A stretch of DNA of 64,000 bases, taken from positions 136,152,001 through 136,216,000 of the forward strand of contig OZ024744.1 in the NCBI GenBank assembly GCA_964016885.1, written 5' to 3'. Under the pieces are notes generated by a model. It saw only the letters and a program-made list of their open reading frames with translations, was not told where the DNA came from and made no database searches. Shown here one piece after another: positions 29,501 to 45,000 of this stretch; position 1 is the stretch's first letter, and every line of letters begins with the position of its first letter. The position numbers and the translations under genes were made by a program. This DNA comes from Eledone cirrhosa (lineage: Eukaryota).

Positions 29501-32500
29501 TATCTACAGAATAGAAGTGGAGATCATGATAGAAGAAATAACATGAATCCAGAGGAGAGAGAAGCTTATCTACAGAATAGAAGAAGTGGAGATCATGATA
29601 GAAGAAATAACATGAATCCAGAGGAGAGAGAAGCTTCTCTACAGAATAGAAGTGGAGATTATGGTAGAAGAAATAACATGAATCCAGAGGAGAGAGAAGT
29701 TTATCTACAGAATAGAAGTGGAGATCATGGTAGAAGAAATAACATGAATCCAGCGGAGAGAGAAGCTTATCTACAGAATAGAAGTGGAGATCATGGTAGA
29801 AGAAATAACATGAATCCAGAGGAGAAAGAAGTTTATCTACAGAATAAAAGAAGTGGAGATCATGGTAGAAGAAATAACATGAATCCAGCGGAGAGAGAAG
29901 CTTATCTACAGAATAGAAGTGGAGATCATGGTAGAAGAAATAACATGAATCCAGAGGAGAGAGAAGTATTTCTACAGAATAGAAGAAGTGGAGATCATGG
30001 TAGAAGAAATAACATGAATCCAGAGGAGAGAGAAGTTTATCTACAGAATAGAAGAAGTGGAGATCATGACAGAAGAAATAACAGGAATCCAGAGGAGAGA
30101 GAAGTTTATCTACAGAATAGAAGTGGAGATCATGGTAGAAGAAATAACATGAATCCAGAGGAGAGAGAAGTTTATCTACAGAATAAAAGAAGTGGAGATC
30201 ATGGTAGAAGAAATAACATGAATCCAGAGGAGAGAGAAGTTTATCTACAGAATAAAAGAAGTGGAGATCATGGTAGAAGAAATAACATGAATCCAGAGGA
30301 GAGAGAGGCTTATCTACAGAATAGAAGTGGAAATCATGATAGAAGAAATAACATGAATCCAGAGGAGAGAGAAGCTTATCTACAGAATAGAAGTGGAGAT
30401 CATGATAGAAGAAATAACATGAATCCAGAGGAGAGAGAAGCTTATCTACAGAATAGAAGTGGAGATCATGATAGAAGAAATAACATGAATCCAGAGGAGA
30501 GAGAAGCTTATCTACAGAATAGAAGAAGTGGAGATCATGATAGAAGAAATAACATGAATCCAGAGGAGAGAGAAGCTTCTCTACAGAATAGAAGTGGAGA
30601 TCATGGTAGAAGAAATAACATGAATCCAGAGGAGAGAGAAGTTTATCTACAGAATAGAAGAAGTGGAGATCATGATAGAAGAAATAACATGAATCCAGAG
30701 GAGAGAGAAGTTTATCTACAGAATAGAAGAAGTGGAGATCATGGTAGAAGAAATAACAGGAATCCAGAGGAGAGAGAAGTTTATCTACAGAATAGAAGAA
30801 GTGGAGATCATGATAGAAGAAATAACATGAATCCAGAGGAGAGAGAAGTTTATCTGCAGAAAAGAAGTGGAGATCATGACAGAAGAAATAACAGGAATCC
30901 AGAGGAGAGAGAAGTTTATCTACAGAATAGAAGTGGAGATCATGGTAGAAGAAATAACATGAATCCAGAGGAGAGAGAAGTTTATCTACAGAATAAAAGA
31001 AGTGGAGATCATGGTAGAAGAAATAACATGAATCCAGAGGAGAGATAAGCTTATCTACAGAATAGAAGTGGAGATCATGGTAGAAGAAATAACATGAATC
31101 CAGAGGAGAGAGAAGTTTATCTACAGAATAGAAGAAGTGGAGATCATGATAGAAGAAATAACATGAATCCAGAGGAGAGAGAAGTTTATCTACAGAATAG
31201 AAGAAGTGGAGATCATGACAGAAGAAATAACAGGAATCCAGAGGAGAGAGAAGTTTATCTACAGAATAGAAGTGGAGATCATGGTAGAAGAAATAACATG
31301 AATCCAGAGGAGAGAGAAGCTTATCTACAGGATAGAAGAAGTGGAGATCGTGGTAGAAGAAATAACAGGAATCCAGAGGAGAGAGAAGTTTATCTACAGA
31401 ATAAAAGAAGTGGAGATCATGGTAGAAGAAATAACATGAATCCAGAGGAGAGAGAAGTTTATCTACAGAATAGAAGTGGAGATCATGGTAGAAGAAATAA
31501 CATGAATCCAGAGGAGAGAGAAGTTTATCTACAGAATAGAAGAAGTGGAGATCATGATAGAAGAAATAACATGAATCCAGAGGAGAGAGAAGTTTATCTA
31601 CAGAATAGAAGAAGTGGAGATCATGATAGAAGAAATAACATGAATCCAGAGGAGAGAGAAGCTTATCTACAGAATAGAAGAAGTGGAGATCATGATAGAA
31701 GAAATAACATGAATCCAGAGGAGAGAGAAGTTTATCTACAGAATAGAAGAAGTGAAGATCATGATAGAAGAAATAACATGAATCCAGAGGAGAGAGAAGT
31801 TTATCTACAGAATAGAAGTGGAGATCATGATAGAAGAAATAACATGAATCCAGAGGAGAGAGAAGCTTATCTACAGAATAGACGAAGTGGAGATCATGAT
31901 AGAAGAAATAACATGAATCCAGAGGAGAGAGAAGCTTCTCTACAGAATAGAAGTGGAGATTATGGTAGAAGAAATAACATGAATCCAGAGGAGAGAGAAG
32001 TTTATCTACAGAATAGAAGTGGAGATCATGGTAGAAGAAATAACATGAATCCAGCGGAGAGAGAAGCTTATCTACAGAATAGAAGTGGAGATCATGGTAG
32101 AAGAAATAACATGAATCCAGAGGAGAAAGAAGTTTATCTACAGAATAAAAGAAGTGGAGATCATGGTAGAAGAAATAACATGAATCCAGCGGAGAGAGAA
32201 GCTTATCTACAGAATAGAAGTGGAGATCATGGTAGAAGAAATAACATGAATCCAGAGGAGAGAGAAGTATTTCTACAGAATAGAAGAAGTGGAGATCATG
32301 GTAGAAGAAATAACATGAATCCAGAGGAGAGAGAAGTTTATCTACAGAATAGAAGAAGTGGAGATCATGACAGAAGAAATAACAGGAATCCAGAGGAGAG
32401 AGAAGTTTATCTACAGAATAGAAGTGGAGATCATGGTAGAAGAAATAACATGAATCCAGAGGAGAGAGAAGTTTATCTACAGAATAAAAGAAGTGGAGAT

Positions 32501-35500
32501 CATGGTAGAAGAAATAACATGAATCCAGAGGAGAGAGAAGTTTATCTACAGAATAAAAGAAGTGGAGATCATGGTAGAAGAAATAACATGAATCCAGAGG
32601 AGAGAGAGGCTTATCTACAGAATAGAAGTGGAAATCATGATAGAAGAAATAACATGAATCCAGAGGAGAGAGAAGCTTATCTACAGAATAGAAGTGGAGA
32701 TCATGATAGAAGAAATAACATGAATCCAGAGGAGAGAGAAGCTTATCTACAGAATAGAAGTGGAGATCATGATAGAAGAAATAACATGAATCCAGAGGAG
32801 AGAGTAGCTTATCTACAGAATAGAAGTGGAGATCATGATAGAAGAAATAACATGAATCCAGAGGAGAGAGAAGTATTTCTACAGAATAGAAGAAGTGGAG
32901 ATCATGGTAGAAGAAATAACATGAATCCAGAGGAGAGAGAAGTTTATCTACAGAATAGAAGTGGAGATCATGATAGAAGAAATAACATGAATCCAGAGGA
33001 GAGAGTAGCTTATCTACAGAATAGAAGAAGTGGAGATCATGATATAAGAAAAAACATGAATCCAGAGGAGAGAGAAGCTTCTCTACAGAATAGAAGTGGA
33101 GATCATGGTAGAAGAAATAACATGAATCCAGAGGAGAGAGAAGCTTATCTACAGAATAGAAGAAGTAGAGATCATGATAGAAGAAATAACATGAATCCAG
33201 AGGAGAGAGAAGTTTATCTACAGAATAGAAGTGGAGATCATGATAGAAGAAATAACATGAATCCAGAGGAGAGAGAAGCTTATCTACAGAATAGAAGAAG
33301 TGGAGATCATGATAGAAGAAATAACATGAATCCAGGAGAGAGAGAAGTATTTCTACAGAATAGAAGAAGTGGAGATCATGATAGAAGAAATAACATGAAT
33401 CCAGAGGAGAGAGAAGCTTCTCTACAGAATAGAAGTGGAGATCATGGTAGAAGAAATAACATGAATCCAGAGGAGAGAGAAGCTTATCTACAGAATAGAA
33501 GAAGTAGAGATCATGATAGAAGAAATAACATGAATCCAGAGGAGAGAGAAGCTTCTCTACAGAATAGAAGTGGAGATCATGGTAGAAGAAATAACATGAA
33601 TCCAGAGGAGAGAGAAGTTTATCTACAGAATAGAAGAAGTGGAGATCATGATAGAAGAAATAACATGAATCCAGAGGAGAGAGAAGTTTATCTACAGAAT
33701 AGAAGTGGAGATCATGATAGAAGAAATAACATGAATCCAGAGGAGAGAGAAGCTTATCTACAGAATAGAAGAAGTGGAGATCATGATAGAAGAACTAACA
33801 TGAATCCAGAGGAGAGAGAAGCTTCTCTACAGAATAGAAGTGGAGATCATGGTAGAAGAAATAACATGAATCCAGAGGAGAGAGAAGTTTATCTACAGAA
33901 TAGAAGTGGAGATCATGGTAGAAGAAATACATGAATCCGGAGGAGAGAGAAGTTTATCTACAGAATAAAAGAAGTGGAGATCATGGTAGAAGAAATAACA
34001 TGAATCCAGAGGAGAGAGAAGTTTATCTACAGAATAGAAGTGGAGATCATGATAGAAGAAATAACATGAATCCAGAGGAGAGAGTAGCTTATCTACAGAA
34101 TAGAAGAAGTGGAGATCATGATAGAAGAAATAACATGAATCCAGAGGAGAGAGAAGCTTCTCTACAGAATAGAAGTGGAGATCATGGTAGAAGAAATAAC
34201 ATGAATCCAGAGGAGAGAGAAGCTTATATACAGAATAGAAGAAGTAGAGATCATGATAGAAGAAATAACATGAATCCAGAGGAGAGAGAAGCTTCTCTAC
34301 AGAATAGAAGTGGAGATCATGGTAGAAGAAATAACATGAATCCAGAGGAGAGAGAAGTTTATCTACAGAATAGAAGAAGTGGAGATCATGATAGAAGAAA
34401 TAACAGGAATCCAGAGGAGAGAGAAGTTTATCTACAGAATAGAAGTGGAGATCATGATAGAAGAAATAACATGAATCCAGAGGAGAGAGAAGCTTATCTA
34501 CAGAATAGAAGAAGTGGAGATCATGATAGAAGAAATAAAATGAATCCAGAGGAGAGAGAAGCTTCTCTACAGAATAGAAGTGGAGATCATGGTAGAAGAA
34601 ATAACATGAATCCAGAGGAGAGAGAAGTTTATCTACAGAATAGAAGTGGAGATCATGGTAGAAGAAATAACATGAATCCAGAGGAGAGAGAAGTTTATCT
34701 ACAGAATAAAAGAAGTGGAGATCATGGTAGAAGAAATAACATGAATCCAGAGGAGAGAGAAGTTTATCTACAGAATAAAAGAAGTGGAGATCATGGTAGA
34801 AGAAATAACATGAATCCAGAGGAGAGAGAAGTTTATCTACAGAATAGAAGAAGTGGAGATCATGACAGAAGAAATAACAGGAATCCAGAGGAGAGAGAAG
34901 TTTATCTACAGAATAGAAGTGGAGATCATGGTAGAAGAAATAACATGAATCCAGAGGAGAGAGAAGTTTATCTACAGAATAAAAGAAGTGGAGATCATGG
35001 TAGAAGAAATAACATGAATCCAGAGGAGAGAGAAGTTTATCTACAGAATAAAAGAAGTGGAGATCATGGTAGAAGAAATAACATGAATCCAGAGGAGAGA
35101 GAAGTTTATCTACAGAATAAAAGAAGTGGAGATCATGGTAGAAGAAATAACATGAATCCAGAGGAGAGAGAGGCTTATCTACAGAATAGAAGTGGAAATC
35201 ATGATAGAAGAAATAACATGAATCCAGAGGAGATCATGATAGAAGAAATAACATGAATCCAGAGGAGAGAGAAGCTTATCTACAGAATAGAAGTGGAGAT
35301 CATGATAGAAGGAATAACATGAATCCAGAGGAGAGAGAAGCTTATCTACAGAATAGAAGTGGAGATCATGATAGAAGAAATAACATGAATCCAGAGGAGA
35401 GAGAAGTATTTCTACAGAATAGAAGAAGTGGAGATCATGGTAGGAGAAATAACATGAATCCAGAGGAGAGAGAAGTTTATCTACAGAATAGAAGTGGAGA

Positions 35501-38500
35501 TCATGATAGAAGAAATAACATGAATCCAGAGGAGAGAGTAGCTTATCTACAGAATAGAAGAAGTGGAGATCATGATAGAAGAAATAACATGAATCCAGAG
35601 GAGAGAGAAGCTTCTCTACAGAATAGAAGTGGAGATCATGGTAGAAGAAATAACATGAATCCAGAAGAGAGAGAAGCTTATCTACAGAATAGAAGAAGTG
35701 GAGATCATGATAGAAGAAATAACATGAATCCAGAGGAGAGAGAAGCTTCTCTACAGAATAGAAGTGGAGATCATGGTAGAAGAAATAACATGAATCCAGA
35801 GGAGAGAGAAGTTTATCTACAGAATAGAAGAAGTGGAGATCATGATAGAAGAAATAACATGAATCCAGAGGAGAGAGAAGTTTATCTACAGAATAGAAGA
35901 AGTGGAGATCATGGTAGAAGAAATAACAGGAATCCAGAGGAGAGAGAAGTTTATCTACAGAATAGAAGAAGTGGAGATCATGATAGAAGAAATAACATGA
36001 ATCCAGAGGAGAGAGAAGTTTATCTGCAGAAAAGAAGTGGAGATCATGACAGAAGAAATAACAGGAATCCAGAGGAGAGAGAAGTTTATCTACAGAATAG
36101 AAGTGGAGATCATGGTAGAAGAAATAACATGAATCTAGAGGAGAGAGAAGTTTATCTACAGAATAAAAGAAGTGGAGATCATGGTAGAAGAAATAACATG
36201 AATCCAGAGGAGAGATAAGCTTATCTACAGAATAGAAGTGGAGATCATGGTAGAAGAAATAACATGAATCCAGAGGAGAGAGAAGTTTATCTACAGAATA
36301 GAAGAAGTGGAGATCATGATAGAAGAAATAACATGAATCCAGAGGAGAGAGAAGTTTATCTACAGAATAGAAGAAGTGGAGATCATGACAGAAGAAATAA
36401 CAGGAATCCAGAGGAGAGAGAAGTTTATCTACAGAATAGAAGTGGAGATCATGGTAGAAGAAATAACATGAATCCAGAGGAGAGAGAAGTTTATCTACAG
36501 AATAAAAGAAGTGGAGATCATGGTAGAAGAAATAACATGAATCCAGAGGAGAGAGAAGTTTATCTACAGAATAGAAGTGGAGATCATGGTAGAAGAAATA
36601 ACATGAATCCAGAGGAGAGAGAAGTTTATCTACAGAATAGAAGAAGTGGAGATCATGATAGAAGAAATAACATGAATCCAGAGGAGAGAGAAGTTTATCT
36701 ACAGAATAGAAGAAGTGGAGATCATGATAGAAGAAATAACATGAATCCAGAGGAGAGAGAAGCTTATCTACAGAATAGAAGAAGTGGAGATCATGATAGA
36801 AGAAATAACATGAATCCAGAGGAGAGAGAAGTTTATCTACAGAATAGAAGAAGTGGAGATCATGATAGAAGAAATAACATGAATCCAGAGGAGAGAGAAG
36901 TTTATCTACAGAATAGAAGTGGAGATCATGATAGAAGAAATAACATGAATCCAGAGGAGAGAGAAGCTTATCTACAGAATAGAAGAAGTGGAGATCATGA
37001 TAGAAGAAATAACATGAATCCAGAGGAGAGAGAAGCTTCTCTACAGAATAGAAGTGGAGATCATGGTAGAAGAAATAACATGAATCCAGAGGAGAGAGAA
37101 CTTTATCTACAGAATAGAAGTGGAGATCATGGTAGAAGAAATAACATGAATCCAGCGGAGAGAGAAGCTTATCTACAGAATAGAAGTGGAGATCATGGTA
37201 GAAGAAATAACATGAATCCAGAGGAGAGAGAAGTTTATCTACAGAATAAAAGAAGTGGAGATCATGGTAGAAGAAATAACATGAATCCAGCGGAGAGAGA
37301 AGCTTATCTACAGAATAGAAGTGGAGATCATGGTAGAAGAAATAACATGAATCCAGAGGAGAGAGAAGTATTTCTACAGAATAGAAGAAGTGGAGATCAT
37401 GGTAGAAGATATAACATGAATCCAGAGGAGAGAGAAGTTTATCTACAGAATAGAAGAAGTGGAGATCATGACAGAAGAAATAACAGGAATCCAGAGGAGA
37501 GAGAAGTTTATCTACAGAATAGAAGTGGAGATCATGGTAGAAGAAATAACATGAATCCAGAGGAGAGAGAAGTTTATCTACAGAATAAAAGAAGTGGAGA
37601 TCATGGTAGAAGAAATAACATGAATCCAGAGGAGAGAGAAGTTTATCTACAGAATAAAAGAAGTGGAGATCATGGTAGAAGAAATAACATGAATCCAGAG
37701 GAGAGAGAGGCTTATCTACAGAATAGAAGTGGAAATCATGATAGAAGAAATAACATGAATCCAGAGGAGAGAGAAGCTTATCTACAGAATAGAAGTGGAG
37801 ATCATGATAGAAGAAATAACATGAATCCAGAGGAGAGAGAAGCTTATCTACAGAATAGAAGTGGAGATCATGATAGAAGAAATAACATGAATCCAGAGGA
37901 GAGAGAAGTTTATCTACAGAATAGAAGTGGAGATCATGATAGAAGAAATAACATGAATCCAGAGGAGAGAGTAGCTTATCTACAGAATAGAAGAAGTGGA
38001 GATCATGATAGAAGAAAAAACATGAATCCAGAGGAGAGAGAAGCTTCTCTACAGAATAGAAGTGGAGATCATGGTAGAAGAAATAACATGAATCCAGAGG
38101 AGAGGGTAGCTTATCTACAGAATAGAAGAAGTGGAGATCATGATAGAAGAAATAACATGAATCCAGAGGAGAGAGAAGCTTCTCTACAGAATAGAAGTGG
38201 AGATCATGGTAGAAGAAATAACATGAATCCAGAGGAGAGAGAAGTTTATCTACAGAATAGAAGAAGTGGAGATCATGATAGAAGAAATAACATGAATCCA
38301 GAGGAGAGAGAAGTTTATCTACAGAATAGAAGTGGAGATCATGATAGAAGAAATAACATGAATCCAGAGGAGAGAGAAGCTTATCTACAGAATAGAAGAA
38401 GTGGAGATCATGATAGAAGAAATAACATGAATCCAGAGGAGAGAGAAGCTTCTCTACAGAATAGAAGTGGAGATCATGGTAGAAGAAATAACATGAATCC

Positions 38501-39003
38501 AGAGGAGAGAGAAGTTTATCTACAGAATAGAAGTGGAGATCATGGTAGAAGAAATAACATGAATCCAGAGGAGAGAGAAGTTTATCTACAGAATAAAAGA
38601 AGTGGAGATCATGGTAGAAGAAATAACATGAATCCAGAGGAGAGAGAAGCTTATCTACAGAATAGAAGTGGAGATCATGGTAGAAGAAATAACATGAATC
38701 CAGAGGAGAGAGAAGTTTATCTACAGAATAGAAGAAGTGGAGATCATGATAGAAGAAATAACATGAATCCAGAGGAGAGAGAAGTTTATCTACAGAATAG
38801 AAGAAGTGGAGATCATGACAGAAGAAATAACAGGAATCCAGAGGAGAGAGAAGTTTATCTACAGAATAGAAGTGGAGATCATGGTAGAAGAAATAACATG
38901 AATCCAGAGGAGAGAGAAGTTTATCTACAGAATAAAAGAAGTGGAGATCATGGTAGAAGAAATAACATGAATCCAGAGGAGAGAGAAGTTTATCTACAGA
39001 ATA
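2582..39003 (+). repeat. Tandem duplication with an 18,178-bp period (copies ~2.6-20.8 kb and ~20.8-39.0 kb)
   Basis: Nine ORF starts recur at exactly +18178 (4200/22378, 7271/25449, 8282/26460, 9604/27782, 10615/28793, 12916/31094, 15753/33931, 17075/35253, 18086/36264). Rare variants recur at the same offset. Boundaries are approximate. Confidence 0.95.
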
Positions 39004-42000
39004 AAAGAAGTGGAGATCATGGTAGAAGAAATAACATGAATCCAGAGGAGAGAGAAGTTTATCTACAGAATAGAAGAAGTGGAGATCATGACAGAAGAAA
39101 TAACAGGAATCCAGAGGAGAGAGAAGTTTATCTACAGAATAAAAGAAGTGGAGATCATGGTAGAAGAAATAACATGAATCCAGAGGAGAGAGAAGTTTAT
39201 CTACAGAATAAAAGAAGTGGAGATCATGGTAGAAGAAATAACATGAATCCAGAGGAGAGAGAAGCTTATCTACAGAATAGAAGTGGAAATCATGATAGAA
39301 GAAATAACATGAATCCAGAGGAGATCATGATAGAAGAAATAACATGAATCCAGAGGAGAGAGAAGCTTATCTACAGAATAGAAGTGGAGATCATGATAGA
39401 AGAAATAACATGAATCCAGAGGAGAGAGAAGCTTATCTACAGAATAGAAGTGGAGATCATGATAGAAGAAATAACATGAATCCAGAGGAGAGAGAAGTAT
39501 TTCTACAGAATAGAAGAAGTGGAGATCATGGTAGAAGAAATAACATGAATCCAGAGGAGAGAGAAGTTTATCTACAGAATAGAAGTGGAGATCATGATAG
39601 AAGAAATAACATGAATCCAGAGGAGAGAGTAGCTTATCTACAGAATAGAAGAAGTGGAGATCATGATAGAAGAAATAACATGAATCCAGAGGAGAGAGAA
39701 GCTTCTCTACAGAATAGAAGTGGAGATCATGGTAGAAGAAATAACATGAATCCAGAGGAGAGAGAAGCTTATCTACAGAATAGAAGAAGTGCAGATCATG
39801 ATAGAAGAAATAACATGAATCCAGAGGAGAGAGAAGCTTCTCTACAGAATAGAAGTGGAGATCATGGTAGAAGAAATAACATGAATCCAGAGGAGAGAGA
39901 AGTTTATCTACAGAATAGAAGAAGTGGAGATCATGATAGAAGAAATAACATGAATCCAGAGGAGAGAGAAGTTTATCTACAGAATAGAAGAAGTGGAGAT
40001 CATGGTAGAAGAAATAACAGGAATCCAGAGGAGAGAGAAGTTTATCTACAGAATAGAAGTGGAGATCATGGTAGAAGAAATAACATGAATCCAGAGGAGA
40101 GAGAAGTTTATCTACAGAATAGAAGAAGTGGAGATCATGATAGAAGAAATAACATGAATCCAGAGGAGAGAGAAGTTTATCTACAGAATAGAAGTGGAGA
40201 TCATGATAGAAGAAATAACATGAATCCAGAGGAGAGAGAAGTTTATCTACAGAATAGAAGTGGAGATCATGATAGAAGAAATAACATGAATCCAGAGGAG
40301 AGAGAAGCTTATCTACAGAATAGAAGAAGTGGAGATCATGATAGAAGAAAAAACATGAATCCAGAGGAGAGAGAAGTTTATCTACAGAATAGAAGAAGTG
40401 GAGATCATGATAGAAGAAATAACATGAATCCAGAGGAGAGAGAAGTTTATCTACAGAATAGAAGTGGAGATCATGGTAGAAGAAATAACATGAATCCAGA
40501 GGAGAGAGAAGTTTATCTACAGAATAGAAGAAGTGGAGATCATGATAGAAGAAATAACATGAATCCAGAGGAGAGAGAAGTTTATCTACAGAATAGAAGA
40601 AGTGGAGATCATGATAGAAGAAATAACATGAATCCAGAGGAGAGAGAAGCTTATCTACAGAATAGAAGAAGTGGAGATCATGATAGAAGAAATAACATGA
40701 ATCCAGAGGAGAGAGAAGTTTATCTACAGAATAGAAGGAGTGGAGATCATGATAGAAGAAATAATATGAATCCAGAGGAGAGAGAAGTTTATCTACAGAA
40801 TAGAAGTGGAGATCATGATAGAAGAAATAACATGAATCCAGAGGAGAGAGAAGTTTATCTACAGAATAGAAGAAGTGGAGATCATGATAGAAGAAATAAC
40901 ATGAATCCAGAGGAGAGAGAAGTTTATCTACAGAATAGAAGAAGTGGAGATCATGGTAGAAGAAATAACAGGAATCCAGAGGAGAGAGAAGTTTATCTAC
41001 AGAATAGAAGAAGTGGAGATCATGATAGAAGAAATAACATGAATCCAGAGGAGAGAGAAGTTTATCTGCAGAAAAGAAGTGGAGATCATGACAGAAGAAA
41101 TAACAGGAATCCAGAGGAGAGAGAAGTTTATCTACAGAATAGAAGTGGAGATCATGGTAGAAGAAATAACATGAATCTAGAGGAGAGAGAAGTTTATCTA
41201 CAGAATAAAAGAAGTGGAGATCATGGTAGAAGAAATAACATGAATCCAGAGGAGAGATAAGCTTATCTACAGAATAGAAGTGGAGATCATGGTAGAAGAA
41301 ATAACATGAATCCAGAGGAGAGAGAAGTTTATCTACAGAATAGAAGAAGTGGAGATCATGATAGAAGAAATAACATGAATCCAGAGGAGAGAGAAGTTTA
41401 TCTACAGAATAGAAGAAGTGGAGATCATGACAGAAGAAATAACAGGAATCCAGAGGAGAGAGAAGTTTATCTACAGAATAGAAGTGGAGATCATGGTAGA
41501 AGAAATAACATGAATCCAGAGGAGAGAGAAGTTTATCTACAGAATAAAAGAAGTGGAGATCATGGTAGAAGAAATAACATGAATCCAGAGGAGAGAGAAG
41601 TTTATCTACAGAATAGAAGTGGAGATCATGGTAGAAGAAATAACATGAATCCAGAGGAGAGAGAAGTTTATCTACAGAATAGAAGAAGTGGAGATCATGA
41701 TAGAAGAAATAACATGAATCCAGAGGAGAGAGAAGTTTATCTACAGAATAGAAGAAGTGGAGATCATGATAGAAGAAATAACATGAATCCAGAGGAGAGA
41801 GAAGCTTATCTACAGAATAGAAGAAGTGGAGATCATGATAGAAGAAATAACATGAATCCAGAGGAGAGAGAAGTTTATCTACAGAATAGAAGAAGTGGAG
41901 ATCATGATAGAAGAAATAACATGAATCCAGAGGAGAGAGAAGTTTATCTACAGAATAGAAGTGGAGATCATGATAGAAGAAATAACATGAATCCAGAGGA

Positions 42001-45000
42001 GAGAGAAGCTTATCTACAGAATAGAAGAAGTGGAGATCATGATAGAAGAAATAACATGAATCCAGAGGAGAGAGAAGCTTCTCTACAGAATAGAAGTGGA
42101 GATCATGGTAGAAGAAATAACATGAATCCAGAGGAGAGAGAACTTTATCTACAGAATAGAAGTGGAGATCATGGTAGAAGAAATAACATGAATCCAGCGG
42201 AGAGAGAAGCTTATCTACAGAATAGAAGTGGAGATCATGGTAGAAGAAATAACATGAATCCAGAGGAGAGAGAAGTTTATCTACAGAATAAAAGAAGTGG
42301 AGATCATGGTAGAAGAAATAACATGAATCCAGCGGAGAGAGAAGCTTATCTACAGAATAGAAGTGGAGATCATGGTAGAAGAAATAACATGAATCCAGAG
42401 GAGAGAGAAGTATTTCTACAGAATAGAAGAAGTGGAGATCATGGTAGAAGATATAACATGAATCCAGAGGAGAGAGAAGTTTATCTACAGAATAGAAGAA
42501 GTGGAGATCATGACAGAAGAAATAACAGGAATCCAGAGGAGAGAGAAGTTTATCTACAGAATAGAAGTGGAGATCATGGTAGAAGAAATAACATGAATCC
42601 AGAGGAGAGAGAAGTTTATCTACAGAATAAAAGAAGTGGAGATCATGGTAGAAGAAATAACATGAATCCAGAGGAGAGAGAAGTTTATCTACAGAATAAA
42701 AGAAGTGGAGATCATGGTAGAAGAAATAACATGAATCCAGAGGAGAGAGAGGCTTATCTACAGAATAGAAGTGGAAATCATGATAGAAGAAATAACATGA
42801 ATCCAGAGGAGAGAGAAGCTTATCTACAGAATAGAAGTGGAGATCATGATAGAAGAAATAACATGAATCCAGAGGAGAGAGAAGCTTATCTACAGAATAG
42901 AAGTGGAGATCATGATAGAAGAAATAACATGAATCCAGAGGAGAGAGAAGTTTATCTACAGAATAGAAGTGGAGATCATGATAGAAGAAATAACATGAAT
43001 CCAGAGGAGAGAGTAGCTTATCTACAGAATAGAAGAAGTGGAGATCATGATAGAAGAAAAAACATGAATCCAGAGGAGAGAGAAGCTTCTCTACAGAATA
43101 GAAGTGGAGATCATGGTAGAAGAAATAACATGAATCCAGAGGAGAGGGTAGCTTATCTACAGAATAGAAGAAGTGGAGATCATGATAGAAGAAATAACAT
43201 GAATCCAGAGGAGAGAGAAGCTTCTCTACAGAATAGAAGTGGAGATCATGGTAGAAGAAATAACATGAATCCAGAGGAGAGAGAAGTTTATCTACAGAAT
43301 AGAAGAAGTGGAGATCATGATAGAAGAAATAACATGAATCCAGAGGAGAGAGAAGTTTATCTACAGAATAGAAGTGGAGATCATGATAGAAGAAATAACA
43401 TGAATCCAGAGGAGAGAGAAGCTTATCTACAGAATAGAAGAAGTGGAGATCATGATAGAAGAAATAACATGAATCCAGAGGAGAGAGAAGCTTCTCTACA
43501 GAATAGAAGTGGAGATCATGGTAGAAGAAATAACATGAATCCAGAGGAGAGAGAAGTTTATCTACAGAATAGAAGTGGAGATCATGGTAGAAGAAATAAC
43601 ATGAATCCAGAGGAGAGAGAAGTTTATCTACAGAATAAAAGAAGTGGAGATCATGGTAGAAGAAATAACATGAATCCAGAGGAGAGAGAAGCTTATCTAC
43701 AGAATAGAAGTGGAGATCATGGTAGAAGAAATAACATGAATCCAGAGGAGAGAGAAGTTTATCTACAGAATAGAAGAAGTGGAGATCATGATAGAAGAAA
43801 TAACATGAATCCAGAGGAGAGAGAAGTTTATCTACAGAATAGAAGAAGTGGAGATCATGACAGAAGAAATAACAGGAATCCAGAGGAGAGAGAAGTTTAT
43901 CTACAGAATAGAAGTGGAGATCATGGTAGAAGAAATAACATGAATCCAGAGGAGAGAGAAGTTTATCTACAGAATAAAAGAAGTGGAGATCATGGTAGAA
44001 GAAATAACATGAATCCAGAGGAGAGAGAAGTTTATCTACAGAATAAAAGAAGTGGAGATCATGGTAGAAGAAATAACATGAATCCAGAGGAGAGAGAAGT
44101 TTATCTACAGAATAGAAGAAGTGGAGATCATGACAGAAGAAATAACAGGAATCCAGAGGAGAGAGAAGTTTATCTACAGAATAAAAGAAGTGGAGATCAT
44201 GGTAGAAGAAATAACATGAATCCAGAGGAGAGAGAAGTTTATCTACAGAATAAAAGAAGTGGAGATCATGGTAGAAGAAATAACATGAATCCAGAGGAGA
44301 GAGAAGCTTATCTACAGAATAGAAGTGGAAATCATGATAGAAGAAATAACATGAATCCAGAGGAGATCATGATAGAAGAAATAACATGAATCCAGAGGAG
44401 AGAGAAGCTTATCTACAGAATAGAAGTGGAGATCATGATAGAAGAAATAACATGAATCCAGAGGAGAGAGAAGCTTATCTACAGAATAGAAGTGGAGATC
44501 ATGATAGAAGAAATAACATGAATCCAGAGGAGAGAGAAGTATTTCTACAGAATAGAAGAAGTGGAGATCATGGTAGAAGAAATAACATGAATCCAGAGGA
44601 GAGAGAAGTTTATCTACAGAATAGAAGTGGAGATCATGATAGAAGAAATAACATGAATCCAGAGGAGAGAGTAGCTTATCTACAGAATAGAAGAAGTGGA
44701 GATCATGATAGAAGAAATAACATGAATCCAGAGGAGAGAGAAGCTTCTCTACAGAATAGAAGTGGAGATCATGGTAGAAGAAATAACATGAATCCAGAGG
44801 AGAGAGAAGCTTATCTACAGAATAGAAGAAGTGCAGATCATGATAGAAGAAATAACATGAATCCAGAGGAGAGAGAAGCTTCTCTACAGAATAGAAGTGG
44901 AGATCATGGTAGAAGAAATAACATGAATCCAGAGGAGAGAGAAGTTTATCTACAGAATAGAAGAAGTGGAGATCATGATAGAAGAAATAACATGAATCCA

